From IMG/VR virus record IMGVR_UViG_3300029922_000015, positions 64,001-128,000 of that record: DNA of 64,000 bases, one strand, 5' to 3'. Position numbers and translations under genes: made by a program. Source of the stretch: a virus. The notes below the pieces were generated by a model that did not search any database, was not told where the DNA came from, and was given only the letters and a program-made list of their open reading frames with translations. The first letter of the stretch is position 1. Every line of letters starts with the position of its first letter. Positions 23,532-33,807 of the stretch are shown in pieces.

Positions 23532-24176
23532 TTAATTTTTTGCCCCCGCTAGTCTTTGGGCTTCACGATCCGCGTCTCTAAATTTCAATCCTTGTTCGTC
23601 TCCTGCGCGATAAGAAGTCAAAGAATCATTTATAGCATTATAAGAGCAAGAAACTCCACTAGCATTTGCAGCAAATGTCATGGCATTAGCTGTATTGATA
23701 TTTAAGCTTCTAGCAACCAAGAAGGAATCTTGATTTGCGCCCAAGAATACAAATTGCCAATTATATTTTTCTTGTTGAAGCTTGATCATCTCGGCTATTT
23801 GTTCTCTTCGGAATTCCTTAGAAGAATTCTCACCACCATCGGTAATAACCAAAATAAGAACTCGCGCGGGGCGTTTATTCTCTGGAAGCTTGGACAAACG
23901 TTCTCCAACGTTATTGATGGTCTTACCAAGGGCGTCGTACAAAGCCGTCCAACCACGAGGAACAAGATTTAAATTAGGAACTAACGCTAAAGGTCTATTC
24001 TCATATTCAACATCATAACGATCATCAAATTGATAAAGATTTACCAAAACTTCGTCTGTTTTTACTTTGCGTTGTTCGGAAATAAAAGTATTAAATCCTC
24101 CCTCCATATCCGTTCTAATACTAGACATAGAACCAGAACGATCCAAGACTACACTGACTAATGTTTCATTTTTCAT
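23532..24176 (-). CDS. von Willebrand factor A domain protein
   Basis: MIDAS motif LDRSGSM, TALYDA, ITDGGENSS. Confidence 0.92.
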   Translation of the reverse strand: MKNETLVSVVLDRSGSMSSIRTDMEGGFNTFISEQRKVKTDEVLVNLYQFDDRYDVEYENRPLALVPNLNLVPRGWTALYDALGKTINNVGERLSKLPENKRPARVLILVITDGGENSSKEFRREQIAEMIKLQQEKYNWQFVFLGANQDSFLVARSLNINTANAMTFAANASGVSCSYNAINDSLTSYRAGDEQGLKFRDADREAQRLAGAKN

Positions 24177-24177
24177 A

Positions 24178-24456
24178 TTAAAACTCGCAAGGTTGATTTT
24201 TATCTTTATTCTGCCATCTTAAAACACATCCATTTTGTCCAACTGTAGGGACGCAATGAACAACGTTATTTTTATCTAAAATTCTATGGGTGGTTCCCGA
24301 TCCACGGCGAATAAATAATTTTAAAGGATTATCAATTCTATAAGTTCTACCTCCAAAATCATATTCACGCCATGCCTCTGTTCTTAGGTCAAATTCATCC
24401 AAAGAAGTCTCGGGACGAACGACTACTAATTTATTATTTTCTGTTTTGGTGCTCAT
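24178..24456 (-). CDS. hypothetical protein
   Basis: 92 aa ORF. Confidence 0.7.
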   Translation of the reverse strand: MSTKTENNKLVVVRPETSLDEFDLRTEAWREYDFGGRTYRIDNPLKLFIRRGSGTTHRILDKNNVVHCVPTVGQNGCVLRWQNKDKNQPCEF

Positions 24457-25181
24457 TTCTTTGCTTTCTTGTCTATTCTTCCAATTAAATCCAAAGCTTT
24501 AGCTAATGGAATGTCTATCAAAGATTCCCATTCTTCCGCGCTTTTATCACTTTTAACACAGGTTTTTTTTACCGTCTCAAAATCAAGATCAGCCGCTTGC
24601 ATTGATCTTTGAAGTTGGGCGTGAACTGAAACATTGCCCGCATCGACGGGTTTTTCTTCTTGGGGAATGGGCTTACTAGAAATTTCATCGCTACCAACGA
24701 TATTAATTCCCAAGAAATTTCTGACCGCACGAACGAAGGCGCGGTTGATTGCTATGGTAGTTAAAAAGGATTTACCGAATCCGGTTGTGTTTTCGATTGT
24801 GGCATCCGCACCGTCACCAAAAATAATGGATCGATTTTCTGTCTCGAAATTAGGAATCCATTCGATATGACAGGTAGCTGAGACGGCTCGTTCGCTCGCA
24901 GGAATTACCTTGTATTCGACAGAATGGAATCCGCGCAATCGGGCTAGCTCTTTGATTCCGCCCAACAAAATAAGAAGATATTTGTCATCTACTTCGGTTA
25001 TAGATAACTCGGTTAATGGCTTTCCGTAAGTTTTTTCAATTTGCTCTTGATTTCCAACGTTAAAAACTAAAAATTCCGGTCGAATCATTTTTCGCCAGTT
25101 AATTCGGCCAAACTCATCGTAAATATATTGAACTCCATCTAGGAGTCCTAAACCGTCTCTAATGATTTCTTTTGCGGCCAT
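24453..25181 (-). CDS. possible Rad52/Sak-like ssDNA-annealing protein
   Basis: FGDGADA...IAINRAFVRAVRNFLGI resembles the Rad52-fold signature; tentative. Confidence 0.5.
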   Translation of the reverse strand: MAAKEIIRDGLGLLDGVQYIYDEFGRINWRKMIRPEFLVFNVGNQEQIEKTYGKPLTELSITEVDDKYLLILLGGIKELARLRGFHSVEYKVIPASERAVSATCHIEWIPNFETENRSIIFGDGADATIENTTGFGKSFLTTIAINRAFVRAVRNFLGINIVGSDEISSKPIPQEEKPVDAGNVSVHAQLQRSMQAADLDFETVKKTCVKSDKSAEEWESLIDIPLAKALDLIGRIDKKAKK

Positions 25182-25226
25182 ATAAACATCATACGAGTTT
25201 TTGATCGCAAAGTCAAATATAAATAA

Positions 25227-25610
25227 TTACTTTTTTAAAGTGTTCTGAACAATAATAATTAAATTTTGAATGTCTCGTTCTTTCAAATTTAAAGGATCAA
25301 CTAAAAGTTCATCGTTTTTGTATTGAGTGGCTAGTTCATTCATTATTTCGCAAATTGCCTCAACAGTAGGTTTCGATACAAGAACGTTTTGAGTATAATT
25401 ACCGAGAGGTTGGACAAGGATAAACCAATCGCCGGATTGTCTAACGATATCCTGCTTAATTAAATCCTCCAAAGCAAGGAGGATGATGGATTGGTCTAGT
25501 TCGGGATTCGAGGACACTAAAACAATGTTCTTAAAATTATCTTTGATATTGAAAGCGTTATTCCTTACAAAAAAAAGAAATAGCAGACCTTTAGCTTCAA
25601 GAATAGTCAT
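25227..25610 (-). CDS. hypothetical protein
   Basis: 127 aa ORF with a leaderless sigma70 promoter. Confidence 0.65.
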   Translation of the reverse strand: MTILEAKGLLFLFFVRNNAFNIKDNFKNIVLVSSNPELDQSIILLALEDLIKQDIVRQSGDWFILVQPLGNYTQNVLVSKPTVEAICEIMNELATQYKNDELLVDPLNLKERDIQNLIIIVQNTLKK

Positions 25611-25649
25611 CTATAGATTATATGAAATCTATAGGATATTGTCTACTAT

Positions 25650-26555
25650 TTAAGGATTTACCGCATTAACGAGATTGCCCCAATTTATAGGCTGATTAAT
25701 AACATACGAACCTATCGGGTTTATCGTATTAGCAACGGTATTAGGAATAACCGATTGCGGATCAATAGAAGTACCCTGACCGCCAAAGACGGCGGTATAG
25801 GGGCAAGCCACGTTATCGGCTGGTTCTGATTGAAATTCTTGCTCGAATTCCATTTCAGGAGGGGAATTGTCGTCTTCGTCGCGCAAAGCGGATAAACGAT
25901 TTTCGAAAGCCGTTCGAGATAGCAATAAGGCTTGATAGCGCAACGAACCTCTCGGTTCATTATCCATGAAACAGCTAATATGATCAATAATTGTCTCTAG
26001 GTAAGAAGGAATTCTGTCTGACGTAGGGCAATTATCCATAGCTATTACCGTATTCGCAATTAAACGATTTTGATCGCCATCAAATCCGGTTGAAGAATCC
26101 CATTGCACTTCTTCGCGAATAGGCGCGGGAACATAGGTTGGAAGCGCATCTATAGAACCCAAAATACTCCTAACTCGGGGACTGCGAAGCCGTGGAGTTT
26201 CCATAGGAGGCGACAAATTTTTATTTTCAAGGGAATCCAAGGCTATACGTTGTCTCTTAAGAGATTCCTCGATATTTTTAGGCTCAAATTTTTTTCGGAG
26301 CATGGAGAGAAAAATTTCGTTCTCTTTAACAAAAATGGAACTAACAAAATAAACGTAATTGTTACGAGTATGTTTGATAATCTGATTGAGGATAACCGCA
26401 TTGCCATCGATTAATCCAATAATGTCATCTTTTCTAGACTTCTTTATACAAAGAAATTGATGATCGGAAACTAACTTAAACAGAAAACTATCGGGCTTCT
26501 TTTCGAGCAATTGAAATCGAAAAGGTTCAATTACAAAATCTTTCATTGTCTGCAT
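25650..26555 (-). CDS. hypothetical protein
   Basis: 301 aa ORF, TTGACA promoter immediately upstream. Confidence 0.7.
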   Translation of the reverse strand: MQTMKDFVIEPFRFQLLEKKPDSFLFKLVSDHQFLCIKKSRKDDIIGLIDGNAVILNQIIKHTRNNYVYFVSSIFVKENEIFLSMLRKKFEPKNIEESLKRQRIALDSLENKNLSPPMETPRLRSPRVRSILGSIDALPTYVPAPIREEVQWDSSTGFDGDQNRLIANTVIAMDNCPTSDRIPSYLETIIDHISCFMDNEPRGSLRYQALLLSRTAFENRLSALRDEDDNSPPEMEFEQEFQSEPADNVACPYTAVFGGQGTSIDPQSVIPNTVANTINPIGSYVINQPINWGNLVNAVNP

Positions 26556-26583
26556 TTATACCACAGGATTAGGGATTTGTCAA

Positions 26584-26796
26584 TCATTTTCTAAGTCTGA
26601 CCATCGTGCCATTACTGATTGTGTAGTTGAGGGATAACAGTTTCCACGTTTCCCCACGATCTTCGCTCCATTCACCTTTAATGCCCGTGCCTGATTCAGA
26701 AACGCGGACTACTTCTAAATTGCGCATGAATAAAAGCTCGGGAATCTCGAATTTATCTCCGATACTCAAACAACAAAGAGGAAAAATTTTAGACAT
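26584..26796 (-). CDS. hypothetical protein
   Basis: 70 aa ORF. Confidence 0.6.
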   Translation of the reverse strand: MSKIFPLCCLSIGDKFEIPELLFMRNLEVVRVSESGTGIKGEWSEDRGETWKLLSLNYTISNGTMVRLRK

Positions 26797-26833
26797 AAAA
26801 AAATAAGGGCAACGTATTTCTCGTTACCCTTAT
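26797..26833 (-). terminator. intrinsic terminator
   Basis: ATAAGGGTAACG/CGTTGCCCTTAT hairpin followed by a T run. Confidence 0.75.
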
Positions 26834-26852
26834 CATTTGATAATCCTAAGCT

Positions 26853-27074
26853 TTAGATTGTGCTAAAAAGCTTGGATGGTCTACCTTTATCGTTCTTGCG
26901 TAAACCGCTAACTCGCAAAGTATTTTGCTCTAGTTTTTGATTTACCTTGAATTGTAAGGTGACGCGACTGACATTTGGATTGAGTAGTTCCAGTTCAGTG
27001 ATGCCAAATTCTCCGCTAACCGGGAATGAGACATCCTTTGATGGGCGACCTACTCTTTTAATTGAGTCTGACAT
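26853..27074 (-). CDS. small winged-helix-like DNA-binding protein
   Basis: GRPSK motif at both ends, VSRVTLQFKV helix. Confidence 0.6.
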   Translation of the reverse strand: MSDSIKRVGRPSKDVSFPVSGEFGITELELLNPNVSRVTLQFKVNQKLEQNTLRVSGLRKNDKGRPSKLFSTI

Positions 27075-27169
27075 ATTTTTGACCTTTCTGGTTATTTAAC
27101 GAATAGCAAGTGTATTCGTTTTTGATCGAAAAGTCAATAACTTTTTACAGTATTTGTGTATTAGGTGTT

Positions 27170-27406
27170 TTAAGCATAAGGATTATTATTTACATCCACT
27201 AACCTTGTCCGCTTGATATGCGGCCCAAAAGGAGAAAGGGCCGGAATACGAATTCGTGCAATTTTACCTTCTGCTTCTAGCCGTTTGACAATACGAGTCA
27301 CATCTTCTCCGAAGATATAAATACGTTTTCCCGAAATACGCATTCGCTCTAAACTGGCAAGAACCGAAAGACGGTGTGTATGAAATCTGTTTTTACGCTG
27401 GCTCAT
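27170..27406 (-). CDS. small basic hypothetical protein
   Basis: 78 aa ORF. Confidence 0.55.
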   Translation of the reverse strand: MSQRKNRFHTHRLSVLASLERMRISGKRIYIFGEDVTRIVKRLEAEGKIARIRIPALSPFGPHIKRTRLVDVNNNPYA

Positions 27407-27410
27407 ATTT

Positions 27411-27677
27411 TTAAACGCCCTGCAAAAAATCCTCCCCTGTTAGAAATCCCATAGGAGCGATAACCTGCATAACGTCTTTAGAATCCATTCCGTAAAATAA
27501 GATGATATCCTTATAATCGCCGACATATTCCCGCGCGTCTTTTTTTGCCGCTTCAAGAGTTTTAAATCTATCTTTTCCAAAACAACCGACTTCATCGACG
27601 GTGACGTTTTCGGGCGCGTGTGAATCAAAAGTGATATAATAACCAAAATGGAGTATCTTAAGAGTAATGGGAGTCAT
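27411..27677 (-). CDS. hypothetical protein
   Basis: start reassigned downstream of a TTGACA-N17-TATGAT promoter. Confidence 0.6.
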   Translation of the reverse strand: MTPITLKILHFGYYITFDSHAPENVTVDEVGCFGKDRFKTLEAAKKDAREYVGDYKDIILFYGMDSKDVMQVIAPMGFLTGEDFLQGV

Positions 27678-28081
27678 ACTTTCTTTCATCATAAGGGATA
27701 TTATCTTTATTGTCAAGAAAAACTTAATCACCTCAATTATCCTCAACCTCTTTCTCCGCAAAACCCCCACCCCTTAAAACCTTGTAACATACTGAACAAG
27801 AAGGCTTTATGGTTTAATGTGGAGGCAACCTTAGACATTTAGTATTTATCCTCGCTGCCTAATTTAACCCAAACGAGTTGCGATGTTCTCAGCGTCGCTT
27901 ACGGCTTCTCAGTTCCGGTTTAATCGCTGTTTCGGGGCTCGCGCCTCACCGATACCCTTTGTTGGTCTGAGGAGGGTAGAAATCAGTATCTAATTGTATG
28001 TTTCCGAAGTCATTTCATCTACTTTTTTAAATCCGCGAACGATTTAGTGGACTTTTTACCCCTTTAAATGTATCATGTAAT

Positions 28082-28366
28082 ATGACACCAAGCTTACACG
28101 ACATAGTTCGAGATATTGTTCACTCTATCGCCATGATGGCCGTTCTGGCGCTCGTGTGCTCCCCTTTCTTGTGGACTCTTTGGAATAACATCCTTGTTTC
28201 CAAATTTCCGATTGGCTCAATTCAACCCATTTCTTTCCTCGACGGCTTCTCGATTAACTTTTTAGTTAATATACTTTGGTATCTAAAACTACAAAAACGG
28301 GATGTTATTATCGCGAATTCTGCGATACCAGAGGGAGAAGATGACAAAGAGCGAGAAAATTCATAA
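28082..28366 (+). CDS. membrane protein
   Basis: two hydrophobic segments, LWTLWN motif. Confidence 0.7.
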   Translation: MTPSLHDIVRDIVHSIAMMAVLALVCSPFLWTLWNNILVSKFPIGSIQPISFLDGFSINFLVNILWYLKLQKRDVIIANSAIPEGEDDKERENS

Positions 28367-28411
28367 AAATCTCCTTGACTTTCGCCTCATCTTCTGTTAA
28401 GCTGGGAGAAG

Positions 28412-28927
28412 ATGAACATTTTCGCCGTAGCCGATCAACCCGAAATTGCGGCTAACCAGCTATGTCTTAAGCATGTTTGCAAAATGGTTGTGGAAAGCAC
28501 CCAAATGCTTTGCTCGGCTTTTCCTGAAAATACGCCAAACCTTCCTTATGCAAGGACACATTATAATCATCCTTGCGCGGTTTGGACACGTCAAACCTTG
28601 GGTAATTTTAATTGGTTAATGATTCATGCCATGCATTTAGCTGATCGATTCGCTCGTGTTTATAATCACCAGCATAAATGTAAAGAAATGCTTTTTTCTT
28701 TGTCGAGCATCGCGAACAATCTAGATCGGAGTATTCTTGTTAATAGGGAGAAAACGCCCTTTCCATTAGTTATGCCAGATAGATATAAAATTCCCCTTAA
28801 TAGAATCGCTTCTTATAGGAATTATTATATTCACGAGAAAGCGTCTTTTGCGAAGTGGGAATCCCTAGAGAGAATTCCTCCGTGGTGGCCGTTCAGAACT
28901 AACGCTTTTGTAAGGATTTCCAGATAA
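28412..28927 (+). CDS. pyrimidine-dimer DNA glycosylase/endonuclease V-like protein
   Basis: MNIF..KHVCKMVVESTQML..THYNHPCAVW..YRNYY..K. Confidence 0.8.
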   Translation: MNIFAVADQPEIAANQLCLKHVCKMVVESTQMLCSAFPENTPNLPYARTHYNHPCAVWTRQTLGNFNWLMIHAMHLADRFARVYNHQHKCKEMLFSLSSIANNLDRSILVNREKTPFPLVMPDRYKIPLNRIASYRNYYIHEKASFAKWESLERIPPWWPFRTNAFVRISR

Positions 28928-29319
28928 AGTATTAACGAATAAATGAAGTCCGTAAAACTTCGGCTCTGCGGAGCTAGTTAGTTTATTATTTGGGAAATAA
29001 ATAGAGAGAAAATAAATGCACAAAAATGGAGTTCTTTAAAGGAAAAACCGTATTGCCTCTCTTCCTGAAAGGTAAGAAACCGCGCCATTAAAGCATTCAG
29101 TTAAGCTTGTGTGACCTTAACAGGAAACAAAAAAGATAATCTGTCGGATCGTTTCTCCGATATTTTGTTACAAGCGAAACTGTAAAAGTATTTCTACGCG
29201 CCCCATGCGTTAATTGAGGGATTTAGCTCGCGTAGCTATGGTCTGATAGTTGATTGAACCCTCCTATCAGACCAATCAATTTTCTTGACAGGAGATAAAT
29301 CAGATGGTAATATTAAAAT

Positions 29320-29820
29320 ATGAAGAATTTTGTCGATATACGTCGTAGCTTTGGAGAGGTGATAGTTACGGCTTGTCTTCCTAGCTTGGAAGATTTTGTC
29401 AAACAAGTAAGCAAAGATGATGTTGAGAATGTATTAGATCATTGCGATACGGCGGCTCGCGCTAAGTTTTATTCGCCCGCTTTGAATTATAGTTATCGTT
29501 TTGATTATAATCGAATTTTTGGAGATTTAGGTCAACGTATAGAAAGAGAGGGATGGTTGCGCCCTCGCTATCAATGGGGCGATGTGACTCTGTGTAACGA
29601 AGAGACGTTTAATGTTGTGCCTTTTGTTAGTCGCGGCATTGGAAAGGAACAAAAACTTAAGTTTCTAGGAGTATATTCCGAAGAGGATTTAACTCGACTG
29701 TCGAAATCTTTAAAAGCTGTTATTGAATTTGCTCGCGACTATCGCCGGGAAATAACAATTCGTTGCGAAGTTGGAGATGAAAAAGAAGAAGACAGCAAGG
29801 CGATAGAAATTCAGATTTAG
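29320..29820 (+). CDS. hypothetical protein, partner X of the amidoligase-GATase module
   Basis: shares SRGI..G.(Y/F)S pattern with 34892-35410. Confidence 0.7.
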   Translation: MKNFVDIRRSFGEVIVTACLPSLEDFVKQVSKDDVENVLDHCDTAARAKFYSPALNYSYRFDYNRIFGDLGQRIEREGWLRPRYQWGDVTLCNEETFNVVPFVSRGIGKEQKLKFLGVYSEEDLTRLSKSLKAVIEFARDYRREITIRCEVGDEKEEDSKAIEIQI

Positions 29821-29821
29821 C

Positions 29822-30493
29822 ATGAAATATATTTCTAAAATTGGCCTTGAAATCGAGGGAGGATGGTTTTCGACTGAAGACAAGCCGGAAAGTCTTACAA
29901 GCTGGCATCACGACGATAGCGTTCGTAACATCCGCAAAACCCAAAACGGAGTTCCTATTCGTTTTATTGGCGAGGCGGTTTCTATACCCCTCGCGAATTT
30001 GAGCGCAGTCCACGAATGGATTAACATTTATTGGCCCGACCGTAAAAATAAGAGTTGTGGTTTTCACATTCATACTTCGTTCGTTGATCCTAAATTTTAT
30101 TGGTATCTTGTTAATGAGGATTTTTATATTCAATTTTATAAGAAAATGAAAGCGGTAGGCAATAAGCTTCACCTGTCCGCTCATTTCTTTGATAGATTAA
30201 TGGGCAAGAATGTTCACTGTCAGAAATTATTCAAGGGCCGCGAACAACTTTACGCTCTAACCAAAACAAATAATCGGTATTCTCAGCTTAATTATTGCTA
30301 CTCCTTGCACGGCACACTCGAAAATCGTTTGCCTTGCGCCATTCTTCCCATAAGGAAGGCTCAGCAATACGTTGATGAGTATATTCAATTTATCGAAAAT
30401 TATTTAGAGGCTCATCCTAAACCCGAGATTACCGAGTTTAATTGGGAAACAAAAGTTGAAGTCGAAGATGAAAATGAGAAAATTTTGTCTTGA
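29822..30493 (+). CDS. putative amidoligase (COOH-NH2 ligase) paralog 1
   Basis: GLEIEGG, DDSV, GEAVS.P, CGFHIH, TLENR. Confidence 0.85.
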   Translation: MKYISKIGLEIEGGWFSTEDKPESLTSWHHDDSVRNIRKTQNGVPIRFIGEAVSIPLANLSAVHEWINIYWPDRKNKSCGFHIHTSFVDPKFYWYLVNEDFYIQFYKKMKAVGNKLHLSAHFFDRLMGKNVHCQKLFKGREQLYALTKTNNRYSQLNYCYSLHGTLENRLPCAILPIRKAQQYVDEYIQFIENYLEAHPKPEITEFNWETKVEVEDENEKILS

Positions 30494-30530
30494 CAATTAA
30501 CGAAACAAGTGATATAATCTTAAAAAATCT

Positions 30531-31235
30531 ATGTGCCTCATTATTTATTCAAAAAGCGGTCGTCCTAAGCAAGAGTATATCGAAAATGGAGAAGCCTCCA
30601 ATGACGATGGAACGGGTATCGCGTGGATTGAAAATGGTTACTTGCGATATATCAAAGGAATCGATTTGAAGGAAACGATTAAGCTTTCTCAAGAATTGCC
30701 GCTAGGATATATTATACATTTTCGGATGGCCTCCATTGGTGGAGTAGACCCACAACTTATTCATCCCTTTCCTGTGAATGTACACGTTCCTTTGCAACAA
30801 AAGGGCAAAGCTAACAAACTATTGTTTCATAACGGACATTGGCATTCGTGGAAACAACATTTGATGGATCATCTCAGCCCTAAAGTTATTCTTCCAGAGG
30901 GTAAATGGAGCGATACGCGGGCGATTGCTCTTTTGACGGCGATTCACGGAAAGAACTTTTTGCGGACTATTGCCGACGGACAAGCCGGATGGGCGGGTAA
31001 ATTCGCTTTGATGACGCCTAGCAAAACTACTTTAATCGGTCGTTGGGAAGAAGAAGAAGGAGTATTTTATTCCAATGCTAATTATAAATGGAGCTATCAT
31101 CGCTCTAATTATAATTATTCTGGATCGGCTAGCGATCATAGTTATCACAACGGACTTCGCACGACCCACCAAGATCGTAGTTTATCGCCTCACTCTCAAA
31201 GAGAGGCGGAATATTTGCAAGGATATGATCATTAA
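30531..31235 (+). CDS. class II glutamine amidotransferase (Ntn hydrolase)
   Basis: Cys2 nucleophile, NDDG.G, HFRMASIG, HPF, HNG, SDT. Confidence 0.9.
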   Translation: MCLIIYSKSGRPKQEYIENGEASNDDGTGIAWIENGYLRYIKGIDLKETIKLSQELPLGYIIHFRMASIGGVDPQLIHPFPVNVHVPLQQKGKANKLLFHNGHWHSWKQHLMDHLSPKVILPEGKWSDTRAIALLTAIHGKNFLRTIADGQAGWAGKFALMTPSKTTLIGRWEEEEGVFYSNANYKWSYHRSNYNYSGSASDHSYHNGLRTTHQDRSLSPHSQREAEYLQGYDH

Positions 31236-31324
31236 AAAAGATCAAAAAGTTCTTGACAAAATGAGCAATAAGTAGTATTATTGTTCAAGTCAGAAAACCA
31301 AACAAACAAAAAAGAAAGGCCAAA

Positions 31325-31567
31325 ATGGCACGTATTGTTAAACTCGCAGTTCACGACACCGATTCTTACCCTTCTCAGAAGGTTAAGTCGAAGATCGGTA
31401 AGACCCTCCTTAAGGGAGCGCAGACCGTCTTTGTTACCCGCAAAGACCTCGCTACCGTCTTGAAGAGCGGTGCCTTCAAGAAGGCTCCTAAGACCGAAGC
31501 GTTCCTTAAGGAACTCAAGGCTTCTGCAAAGAAGAACGGTGCTTACCACATCAAGCTTTCTGTCTAA
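31325..31567 (+). CDS. small basic protein, probably highly expressed
   Basis: own promoter, GAAAGG ribosome-binding site, biased codons, downstream terminator. Confidence 0.75.
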   Translation: MARIVKLAVHDTDSYPSQKVKSKIGKTLLKGAQTVFVTRKDLATVLKSGAFKKAPKTEAFLKELKASAKKNGAYHIKLSV

Positions 31568-31596
31568 TTGACAGATTGTTTGTAAGGTGAACCTTA

Positions 31597-31634
31597 AAAG
31601 AGAGTCAACTGATAAAACGGTTGGCTCTCTTTTT
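31597..31634 (+). terminator. intrinsic terminator
   Basis: AGAGAGTCAAC/GTTGGCTCTCT hairpin followed by a T run. Confidence 0.8.
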
Positions 31635-31650
31635 CCTTTAGTAGAAGGCT

Positions 31651-32319
31651 ATGAATAAAAGCTCTAAAATAGATCGGGTGGGGGTTGAATTAGAAGGAGG
31701 CTGGAAGCAAAACCGCCCTCAACAAAAGCACATGCATGGCGATAGTTCGGTGGAAATACCGAATTATGAGGAATTTTGTTACGATGAGGATGGGGATTTT
31801 GATATGTGCGGCGAAATAGCTAGCTCCCCATTTGCTAGTTTGCATCATCTTTCTAGATGGATTCGCGAATCTTATCCCGATACAACAAACGCTTCATGCG
31901 GTTTGCATATTCATATTAGTACCAAAAAGCAAGAAGACTATGCGCTGCTTATGCATAAGAAATTTTATAATATATTCCTTGTCGCAATGGAAAAATGGGG
32001 ACAACGGCATTGTTCCTCTAGATCGAGCGAGGATCGTTCCTTTTGGGCTCGTTTTAAAGGAAATAATGATTTTTGCGTAAGAGAACATTATCCTATCAGC
32101 CAAATTAAAGGTCAAGATGATAAATATACCCAATTAAATTTTTGCTCATGGCGAGAACATCGGACATTAGAATGTCGTTTGTTTCCAGCTTTTAAAACGG
32201 TGGATAAGAGTATTTCGGGCACGGCTTTCTTTATAAGACTTGTCGATAATTATCTTCGGACAATGAAACCTAACGATTACACAAAAAAATACTTGCAAAT
32301 TATTAATCCTAGAGTATAA
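31651..32319 (+). CDS. putative amidoligase paralog 2
   Basis: GVELEGG, DSSV, GEIASSP, CGLHIH, TLECR. Confidence 0.85.
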   Translation: MNKSSKIDRVGVELEGGWKQNRPQQKHMHGDSSVEIPNYEEFCYDEDGDFDMCGEIASSPFASLHHLSRWIRESYPDTTNASCGLHIHISTKKQEDYALLMHKKFYNIFLVAMEKWGQRHCSSRSSEDRSFWARFKGNNDFCVREHYPISQIKGQDDKYTQLNFCSWREHRTLECRLFPAFKTVDKSISGTAFFIRLVDNYLRTMKPNDYTKKYLQIINPRV

Positions 32320-32714
32320 TGAGTTGGATGAAATATCTAAACGAGAACGAAGACGAGATGATCGCCCGTTTATTGGACGAATCTATAGATAACGGATTCG
32401 AACATCCTCAGTATGCTTTTGAAGTAGAAGACGAAACGGATTTTCAAACAATTTTTCAAAATGCGTCCGATGAGACAATTATCGATGGGGAATATACTGT
32501 CATTGAAGATTCGGATGAAATAGAAATTTCGCCCGATATGGATTTAAGGCCGGAAAGAGAACGGCATCGTTGTAAACTTAAACTAGGGAAGATACCTTAT
32601 AATGTGGCTTGGACTAACGGGTTCTATCATAAAAGAGGAGGGAAAATCCTTTACAAAAAGGGCTCCCGTATGCGAAAAGCTTTCGAAGCGGGTAGAAGCG
32701 CGGGGAGCCAATAG
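32319..32714 (+). CDS. acidic hypothetical protein
   Basis: 131 aa ORF, start overlaps the upstream stop. Confidence 0.65.
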   Translation: MSWMKYLNENEDEMIARLLDESIDNGFEHPQYAFEVEDETDFQTIFQNASDETIIDGEYTVIEDSDEIEISPDMDLRPERERHRCKLKLGKIPYNVAWTNGFYHKRGGKILYKKGSRMRKAFEAGRSAGSQ

Positions 32715-32794
32715 ATATCGTATTCATTACGATAATAAGAAGAAAAAGAAGGAAGATCGTTTTCTTGAAATGAATTTTCTACTAAAAAATCCCC

Positions 32795-33037
32795 ATGTCG
32801 CCAAAAATTTTATTTGATAATACTAAAGACGTGGAAGCTATTTCCACCAAACTTTTAGAGCCAAGTTCTGATGATTTAAAATTCATGGCTTCGAGATTTT
32901 CTAAAGAACAATGGGAAATCCTTTGCGCTTCTTCTAATTTCATGGATATGCTTTATAATGATTTTAATCGTTCTCGGTTTTTGGCTGAAAAAATCCTAGC
33001 GGGAAGAGGAGACACGATAAACGCGCAAAATAAATGA
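32795..33037 (+). CDS. hypothetical protein
   Basis: 80 aa ORF. Confidence 0.6.
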   Translation: MSPKILFDNTKDVEAISTKLLEPSSDDLKFMASRFSKEQWEILCASSNFMDMLYNDFNRSRFLAEKILAGRGDTINAQNK

Positions 33038-33471
33038 AGTCTTTTAATATTATTCCCGTTTCTCTATTTTCCCTCTATTGTGATTATCTTTGCAATTGGA
33101 GTGAGGGCCATTTATGTCGGGCGACGATAGAATATATTAACTTGACTTGTTCTGATTATGCAATCGGCTATGCGGCTCACGACGAAACGGGGCCAGTTTC
33201 GATTTCTATAGCCTCCAAAACCTTTCCTTTCGCCGCCATCGCTACCAGACCGGATAAAAGAGGCCAAGGGCTTGCTAAAAAGGTTCTAAAACAAACGATT
33301 AATCACTTTCGTTTAGCTGGTTTGGTTTATGAAACTTGGGTAGCGGCGGATAATCCTAGTTCTATTGTCTTGTTAGAAAGCGTGGGCTTGAGAAAAGTAA
33401 GAGAAGAGACGAAAAACCGGAGAAGTACCGGAGAATATTTAGCTTTTAAATATTCTTCAAAAAACACTTGA
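33034..33471 (+). CDS. GNAT family N-acetyltransferase
   Basis: TRPDKRGQGLA acetyl-CoA motif; DNPSSIVLLESVG. Confidence 0.85.
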   Translation: MKSFNIIPVSLFSLYCDYLCNWSEGHLCRATIEYINLTCSDYAIGYAAHDETGPVSISIASKTFPFAAIATRPDKRGQGLAKKVLKQTINHFRLAGLVYETWVAADNPSSIVLLESVGLRKVREETKNRRSTGEYLAFKYSSKNT

Positions 33472-33529
33472 CTTTTGGTTAAAGATGAGTTATTATGTAT
33501 TCGAACAATAAAGGCGTAAATAAAATATT

Positions 33530-33730
33530 ATGAGAAGTCGCGAAATTAAAATGAATGCTCTCTATGATTGCGAGGGGGTTATCTGCCGAGCTAAGAAGCA
33601 ATTGAAGAATGGGCGTTTTTTGGTGACTCACCATAAGTCGTTTCATTCTATTGTTGAGCCTGTCAAGCTAAAGCGTATAGGTGCAAAACGTATCCAGTCT
33701 TATTTGAGAGAAGTCGGAGTAGATATTTAA
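33530..33730 (+). CDS. hypothetical protein
   Basis: 66 aa ORF with own promoter. Confidence 0.6.
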   Translation: MRSREIKMNALYDCEGVICRAKKQLKNGRFLVTHHKSFHSIVEPVKLKRIGAKRIQSYLREVGVDI

Positions 33731-33807
33731 TTTGTTAGTTAGCAAACTAACTGGTGGAGGCGGCGGGTTGACTCGCTCCTAGATGGGCTGCGCATATCTA
33801 AAACGCA

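Noticed and set aside
27720-28080. Replication origin or ncRNA at the strand switch
   Set aside because: No iterons or convincing fold could be established by eye.
33753-33768. TGGTGGAGGCGGCGGG, resembling the reverse complement of a tmRNA 3' end (attP-like core)
   Set aside because: Only 16 nt, no T-loop continuation and no integrase in the window.
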